Source of the DNA: Hydrolagus colliei
Lineage: Eukaryota
Assembly: GCA_035084275.1 (NCBI GenBank)
Contig: CM068751.1
Span: 3,968,001-4,032,000, forward strand
Length of the DNA: 64,000 nucleotides
Reading direction: 5' to 3'
Under the pieces are notes generated by a model that was given only the letters and a program-made list of their open reading frames with translations, ran no database searches and had not been told where the DNA came from. Shown piece by piece: positions 56,889-64,000 of this stretch; position 1 is the first letter of the stretch; each line of letters opens with the position of its first letter. The position numbers and the translations under genes were made by a program.

Positions 56889-57553
56889 CAGTAAAAGCCT
56901 GTTTATCCGCCACCCTCGGGACCTGGCCAATGCTGGTTAAAGTGCGTGTGGGATATTCGGCTGAAAACCCAACACCAAAAAAATTATGAATTTTTTTTTA
57001 AACATACCATAATAATAGACTAAATAATAACAGAATATTGTATGGATACTTACCAATAAAGCAATAAATATCGATTACAGTCTATAAACACAGCACACAA
57101 TCAAAGCGGTACTCTCCTTTTATTCTTTCACACACACAGTCAGTCAGTCTGGCATCTCAATGGCTCCAAATCCAACCCCTCCTCCACTCCTCTCATTTTC
57201 CATCTAAATTAATCAACATAGTCTCTCCCCCACCTCTCTCCCCCTCCCACCTTTCACCCCCCCCCCTCTTTCCCTCGCTTTCTCCCCCACCCCTCTTTCC
57301 CTCTCCCCACCCTCACGCTTTCCCTGCCTGTCTCTCAAACCAGAAGTGCACTACTACGGCAGCATTCAGAGGTAAACGTAATGTATCTGTGAGGGAAAAA
57401 ATGTCACCGCCACCTTCAGGCACTAGTAGCAGCATTCCAAAATACTGGTGCTGATACATTGTGCTGGATAAGATCCGGTTAATCGAATGGGGGACCTTTA
57501 TTTTGAGGTGCCAGTTATACGGAAGTTACGGTTGATCAGGTCATGTTTTACTG
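56889..57553. mobile_element. Tc1/mariner-type MITE
   Basis: CAGTAAAAGCCTGTTTATCC...TTTTACTG|TA; right end is the reverse complement of much of 34638-34750. Confidence 0.65.
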
Positions 57554-58054
57554 TACTGAGTTTCCAGAAAGTCGCAAGTTCTTTGCATGGGCAATTTATA
57601 CCCTTACAACAGACTATCTGGTTTATATTCGTCTTCAGCTGCAGAAACCTCTTCATTGCTTCCAAACAATGGCTTCATATCTGCTGGGGTATCTTGATAT
57701 TCTTTCAGTTGATGACCCTATCACACTTAATTTCGTAAAGCAGCCTCTATTATTCTGTACCATGTTGCAGCATGGAAGAATTTAGGTGGTGATATTCAAC
57801 AGCAATCTGAAGATTGACTGTCACCAAGTTACCTGTAGTTCACAAGATAGGCATGATAAAGCTTCCATGGTTTCAGCCATGAAGTACACTATGCCCATTC
57901 TTACTCTCCCCACCGCTAACCAAGGACTGGATTTTTTTTTCTTGTGAGGATTGTACCTTTGAGTGTAACCATCCACTGAGAGCATTGTTATGAAACATTG
58001 CACAGTGAATGTGATCTGTGTGGAAACTTATGGTAAAGGCAAAACACAAATAAG

Positions 58055-58997
58055 TAATACTTGCATTTGATATAGCGCTTTCCATGTCTTCTAGAAAGTG
58101 AATTGGCTGTATATTTATGGGTGAAAGAGAATTGCGCACAGTAGGGTCCGGCGATATATAAAAAATAATTTTTATATCGATACGCCGATATAGGCATTTT
58201 GAAAATATCGATATATCGAAAAGTCAATAAAAAAATCGGAATGCGCACGCACTGAACTACAAGACCCAGAATGCTCATCTCTATACACAATGCACAGACC
58301 GAGGTGCAAGCCGCCATATTGTATTCATAGTTCTCGAATACAATATACAGGTATGCAAGGGGTGAGGGGAGAGAGACGGCGGGGGGGTGGGTGGGGAGGA
58401 GAGAGAGACGGTGGGGGGGGAGCGAGGCGGCGGAGGGGGATGGGGGGAGAGAGAGATGGCGGGGAGGGGGGTGGGGAGAGAGAGACGGTGGGGTGGGGGA
58501 GAGAGAGACGGTGGGGTGGGGGGAAGAGAGAGACGGCGGGGGTGGGGGGAGAGACGGGGGGGATGTGATAATATACAGTTGGATAGATAGAGATGTGGGG
58601 GGGCAGGGCGGGGGGGGGTGGTGAGAGAGGAGAGAGACACAGAGACAGACAAAAAAACACAGAGATGGAGAGAGTGAGTGTGAGAGACACAGAGAGAGAG
58701 AGATATTTACCTCCTGAGGAGATAGGCCCCGAATGCGCACGCGCGTACGAAAACCCCGAAAATATCAGTATATCTTGATATGAGCCCATCGATATATCTA
58801 AATCGGAAATTTTCCATATCGACGGACCCTAGCGCACAGCAGTATCCACAAACAGTTGTGGATTGAAGTGACCAATTTATTATGTGTTTTTTTGAGGGAT
58901 AAGACGTGTGGAGTAAGGAAACTTGCCAACGGTTTCACCCCACTGAGAATCAAACCCGGGTATTTCACTTGCGAGGAGAGTGCTCTAACCACTGAGC
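58055..58997 (-). mobile_element. SINE interrupted by the hAT MITE
   Basis: Tail at 58055-58141, body and head at 58832-58997. Confidence 0.8.
58142..58831 (-). mobile_element. hAT-type MITE, copy 3, nested in a SINE
   Basis: TIRs TAGGGTCCG(G/T)CGATAT, perfect 8-bp TSD GCGCACAG (58134-58141, 58832-58839), internal G/A-rich expansion. Confidence 0.9.
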
Positions 58998-61900
58998 TGG
59001 TAAGATTTATGGATCTCAAGTTAATCATTGGTTTTCTTGGATCTTAAGTATGTTTCTAATGTAGTGCAGTGCGTAATAGATATCTGGAAGAGAAGTACTG
59101 TACAGTACACCATGAAATCTAGGGCTTTAGGTGACGTAATACATGTAGTAACAAAGTTTGAGCGATTAACCAGCAGTCAACTTTAGCATTTGCTCATTAA
59201 AGAATCCTTTTTTTTCCCCATCCTATCTTAGAATGTTAGTGATTCTGATGGGGCATTTATTATCCATGACTGATTGTCATGAGAAAGTGCTGGGTGATTT
59301 TCTTTTTAAACCAATTTTTATGGTGATGGTGTTGGTTGAGGAGTTCCAGGATATTGACTTGACATATGTGTGTATGTTCAAGTTGGGTGGCGTGACTTAG
59401 AGGTGGTGATGTTTCCCATGATTTGGGGCTATGTTAACTAACTGGTGGTCTGATATTTTTCTTGACTGTTGTATATTTTGTCATTATCTGCCCACCTTTA
59501 AATACTTGAGTCATTTCCTCTGTTTCAATGATGTTGTGGAATTTCCTCCAGGTGAGGGAGCCAAGCCCTTACCCCTCCTTGGAATGGGAGAAACTGAATA
59601 AATGAATAGTATCTCTGTGTGTATGACATTAATGTTATACAAGAGGTGCAGGGAGCAGGAAAGGAATATTGCAGGCATGCAGTCAGCCAAGTAAAAGCAG
59701 AAGACTGCTTGGCTCAAAGGCCAGGTGCTCAGGAATTTCCTTTATCTTTGAGTTCAGAGGATAGTTTTATTGTACATGTTGATGTGAGACATTAGTTTTC
59801 TTACGTTAAGCGAGTTGCCACTATTTGTAGCTGATACTGCACCACTTGCCCTACCCCCCTAATCCTCTGGTTCTTTCCCCTCGTTTGAACACCTGTAATA
59901 ATTATTGTAATAAATTGTTCAAAAGTTTTGGAGAATGACGCTTTGTTGAGTAAAGTTCAGTTAGATCATAAAGCTCAAGGCTTGAAGTAACCTGTACAGT
60001 TACTCTGAATGTTTAACGTGCAATGAGTACTTCAAAAATGTATTTCAAACAAAGCTAATGCCTATACAAGACTCCTGAGGGGCTAAATACCTTTGAGGAT
60101 TTGAGGTCAGAGATGGTTGCTGCCTTTTAGTCTGACCCACCAGATTGTGTTGCTGCAAGGTTGGCTGCCTGACAGCAATGCTGATTGTAGAAGAGAAATA
60201 TTTGCCTCATTACATTTCTGGCAGGCTAGGGAGGCTTCATTAGACGTGATGGAACTTGTGCAGTAACTTCCTCTTCTGTGAAGCTTTTCACAAAACGAGT
60301 CCACGTCTGTCAGGAAATGATAGGATCAGTGTTTTACCCAGGGCTATGGTCCTTTCTGCATTGCAATGGAATTACAGGGTGTGCAGCGCAGACCATAAGA
60401 ATCGGATTGAGTGGGGAGCTATGTCTGACAGCACTGATTGCCAAGGACGGTAGGATTTATTTTAACATGAGCAGTCTGTGGTTATCCATTGCTACTGTAT
60501 AGTTCATTATTCTATAGTTCATCACTTGTGCTTAGAGTTCCTCAAATGGTGAGTTCCTGACTTCTAGCTCTGATACTGAGAACCTAGATAACCCAAGGTC
60601 AATATTCCTTCCCATTTCCCCTGCAGATCCAGAAACACAATTTGCATGATTTTGCAGTTCAAGAGTATTATTAGAAAAGATGGGAAAAAAAATTCCCCAC
60701 GTCTGTCCAGGCCAGGGTATTAAGCGATGTTCAGAATCTTTTGGAGGAGAGAGAGGTGGAGCAATGTTGTAACAAGGAGGAATTGGAGAGCTTTGGGGGT
60801 TTTGCTGTGTGGTGCAGCTGTTATGAGCTAGAGAATGTGGTAGTAAAGCCTGCAGATCTTGGTCAACTTTAAAATCTGTTGGATCAACTGCTCTTCAGCT
60901 GCTGGTGTACATGTGTGTTTGGTTGATTCTGCGAGATAATCACTACTAATCTGTAACAACTCATCAACACCAAAAAAGGTTGGATTGCCGAGACACTGAA
61001 ACAGACTTACTTCAGTGGGAGCTTTGATTGGCTGTGACTAAACAGGAAGGAGATGTTCAGATGTGGTTAGGTCTCTGAAAGACTAGATTGCTTGCTACCA
61101 GTTTATGAGAAGTGTGTCACCAAGTTGTGCAATCAGAAGAATGCTTGGAAATGGTGTCTCCATCCATTTTTGATGCTGCAGGGATTATACGTTTATGCAC
61201 CCAACAGGATGCTGAGGTTTGACAACCTTCACATGTAAAACTTTGTAAACCACCATTAGACTTCATTTCAATCATTTAATCTGTCTGGAAGGGCTGAGTG
61301 AAATAGTCTTGAAGTGGATCTAAGCTATTTGTGGTAAGTTAATATTTGATTACGTGTTGGAGGTGATCAATTAAACTATGACATAAATGATGGTCACCTT
61401 GTGTATGTAACCAGGTTGATACGTTTGGAGTACTTGGTCATCTTTTTTCCCCTCCCCTTGGCTCAGCACCGGGATCCGTTTTGTGAAGTGCTCTGAGACA
61501 CCGTCTGGCGTGGAGCCCACTATATAAATTCAAGTTGTTCTTGTTGAGTGCATGACCCATTCTTTCCAGTATATTGTAGGTGTCACGGGTACACGGTATA
61601 GAAATGGTTCAGAAGTCTTTTATCCAATCTGTGAATCTAAGACAAGATTATCTTTGCTAAAATCCAGTACTGAATTTGAATGCTACTAATGAGTAAGAAT
61701 ATGGCTCAAATTCAGATTTCTCCATGTGGAGTTTTACAATGGCAAATTAGAGAGAAAGAGATAGTATTGGAGCATGGTCCTCCTGATGTGAAAGGTGCTA
61801 TACAAATGTAATTTTGTTGTTGTTGTACAGTATTTTTTCGTATAATGTAACTGTGACTAATTTCTGCAGCTACTGCGAGCCAACTGTGATGTTAGTATTT

Positions 61901-62779
61901 ACTCATGCAATAACTATGTCCGGTGATGATTTTAAATAGTGAAGGACTCATCACAACGCTGTGTGTTTACTAGTAATCCTTTCCTTGCCAATATTTTCGA
62001 TATTCCCTCTTTCCTCATGTGAAACATTTGTTTCCTACTTTCTTCCTGTGGGATATGGTTCCCTAGTTGTTTTACTCTGGTACATCACCCAAAATGCTGT
62101 CATTTATGTATTGGCAAGCTATCTGATTGTTAGTGCTGCCCTGTGCGTGCCCAACATATTTGCAATGTCTTGAAATTCCATCTGGCCTGATACCTTCATT
62201 TTTTTTTAAAAATCTAATTTTGACAATTTTTAAAAGAATTTTAACTTGGTAGCCTATATTCTGGAGTTTTTTTAAAAAAAATTAAAGTTTTCACAGAAAT
62301 TCCAATTTATAATAATATGAGATTTTTCAGCAATTTTGCATGGTATTAAATTTGAAGACAAAATACACTAGTTTTGTTGTTGTAGTTTTAACGGAGTGAA
62401 CGTTTCAACCTAAAAGAAAACTGCTAGATATTGATCAAGTGCAGGATCACTTTAGTTGGTGAGGCACTGATGTCAATGGTAGTTTCCTGACTGATGAGAT
62501 CTGCTAACCCATCACTTACAGTGGAAGTAGACCTTGGTCTACATTTTTAATATTGTATTAAGTGCGGCAGGAAATGGGTCTGGAACGTGAGAGAAATATA
62601 GCTGCAATAAGCCTTAAGATATATGTTATGGGTAAATCTGATCTAAGTTCAGCCAGAACTGTGATGCTTTACTAACACAATTAAATAGTTGCATTAAGTA
62701 CAATCGTAAATCTGTCGATCTCATATTTATCACACTCCAGTGAAATCCAAGGAGACCCTCCCATCATCTTACAATAATA

Positions 62780-64000
62780 CCGTATATCTCCGCGTATAAG
62801 GCGCACTTTTTTTCAGGTCAGAAGATCTCGAAAGTTGGGGGTGCGCCCTATACGCAGGTACAAGCAATTTTGAGCCTCGGAAATACAGTAAACAGGAGGG
62901 GCGGCCGGCGCGCTGTCAGCCGGGGTTTGGTCAGTGTCTGTCGGGGGTTGGGGGGGAGCGGGTGACGGGGCTTCGGCCTCGGCCGCCCGGGCAGCGGCAG
63001 CAGCAGCGGACTTCAGTGCTGTGCTTACCTTCTGCCGAACCCAGTCTGCCTGCCTCACTCCCTGCCGCTCTCTCTCCCTGCCGGCCTGCCTCTCTCTCTC
63101 TCTCTCTCTCCTAGGCTGCCGGCCTGCCTCTCTGCCTCTCTCCCTCTCTCTCTCCCAGGCTGCCGGCCTGCCTCTCTCCCTCTCTCTCTCCCTCCCTCCC
63201 TGGCTGCCGGCCTGCCTCTCTCCCTCTCTCTCTCCCAGGCTGCCGGCCTGCCTCTCTCCCTCTCTCTCTCCCTCCCTCCCTGGCTGCCGGCCTGCCTCTC
63301 TCCCTCTCTCCCTCTCTCTCTCCCGGGCTGCCGGCCTGCCACTCTCCCTCTCTCTCTCCCGGGCTGCTGGCCTGCCTCTCTCCCTCCCTCCCTCCCGGGC
63401 TGCCGGCCTGCCTCTCTCCCTCTCTCTCTCCCTCCCTCCCTGGCTGCCGGCCTGCCTCTCTCCCTCTCTCTCTCCCAGGCTGCCGGCCTGCCTCTCTCCC
63501 TCTCTCCCCCTCTCTCTCCCGGGCTGCCGGCCTGCCTCTCTCCCTCTCTCTCTCCCTGGCTGCCGGCCTGCTTCCCTCCCTCTCTCTCTCCCTCCCTCCC
63601 TGGCTGCTGGCCTGCCTCTCTCCCTCTCTCTCTCCCTGGCTGCCGGCCTGCCTCTCTCCCTCCCTCCCTGGCTGCCGGCCTGCCTCTCTCCCTCTCTCTC
63701 TCCCTGGCTGCCGGCCTGCCTCTCTCCCTCTCTCTCTCCCTGGCTGCCGGCCTGCCTCTCTCCCTCTCTCTCTCCCTGGCTGCCGGCCTGCTTCCCTCCC
63801 TCTCTCTCTCCCTCCCTCCCTGGCTGCTGGCCTGCCTCTCTCCCTCTCTCTCTCCCTCCCTCCCTGGCTGCCGGCCTGCCTCTCTCCCTCTCTCTCTCCC
63901 TGGCTGCCGGCCTGCCTCTCTCCCTCTCTCTCTCCCTGGCTGCCGGCCTGCTTCCCTCCCTCTCTCTCTCTCCCTCCCTCCCTGGCTGCTGGCCTGCCTC
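62780..64000. mobile_element. Tc2/pogo-like non-autonomous element, left end (runs off the window)
   Basis: TA|CCGTATATCTCCGCGTATAAGGCGCAC with internal inverted GTGCGCCCTATACGC. Confidence 0.6.
63060..64000. repeat. C/T-rich minisatellite
   Basis: Core GGCTGCCGGCCTGCC plus variable (CT)n/(CCCT)n spacer, about 35-45-bp period, more than 20 units. Confidence 0.95.

Noticed and set aside
57988-58789. Pro-rich 250-aa ORF and overlapping ORFs
   Set aside because: Low-complexity interior of the hAT MITE; no transposase motifs.
61200-61350. Possible ancient reverse-transcriptase remnant (GLSEIVLKWI-like)
   Set aside because: Too degenerate to call without an HMM search.
63060-64000. CRISPR-like repeat/spacer pattern
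   Set aside because: Spacers are only (CT)n variants in a eukaryotic minisatellite; no cas genes.

Overview
Vertebrate genomic DNA, probably a cartilaginous fish such as a chimaera (inferred from the repeat families and protein divergence). The window holds three genes reconstructed by hand from splice sites and reading phase. (1) WDR33, minus strand: non-coding exon 1 near 41.4-41.5 kb and 23 coding exons from 33485 to 1182, about 1334 aa, including two frame-preserving exons I cannot match to human WDR33. (2) POLR2D/RPB4, minus strand: 4 exons, 46996-43336, 142 aa. (3) An EGF-CFC (Cripto/Cryptic) gene, plus strand: 6 exons, about 49430-51350, head-to-head with POLR2D. A CpG-island promoter and apparently non-coding first exon of an unidentified plus-strand gene lie at about 54.0-54.6 kb. 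Introns carry tRNA-derived SINEs, L2 fragments, hAT and Tc1/mariner-type MITEs and minisatellites. Main findings: the WDR33 exon 6 frame reads through into intron 6 to give a 329-aa hydrophobic-tailed protein resembling the human intronically polyadenylated isoform WDR33v2; a 70-nt antisense copy of the exon 11 acceptor region sits in intron 12; and two ~1-kb inverted satellite arms bracket the POLR2D promoter and exon 1. Comparisons with human sequences are from memory and need alignment to confirm.
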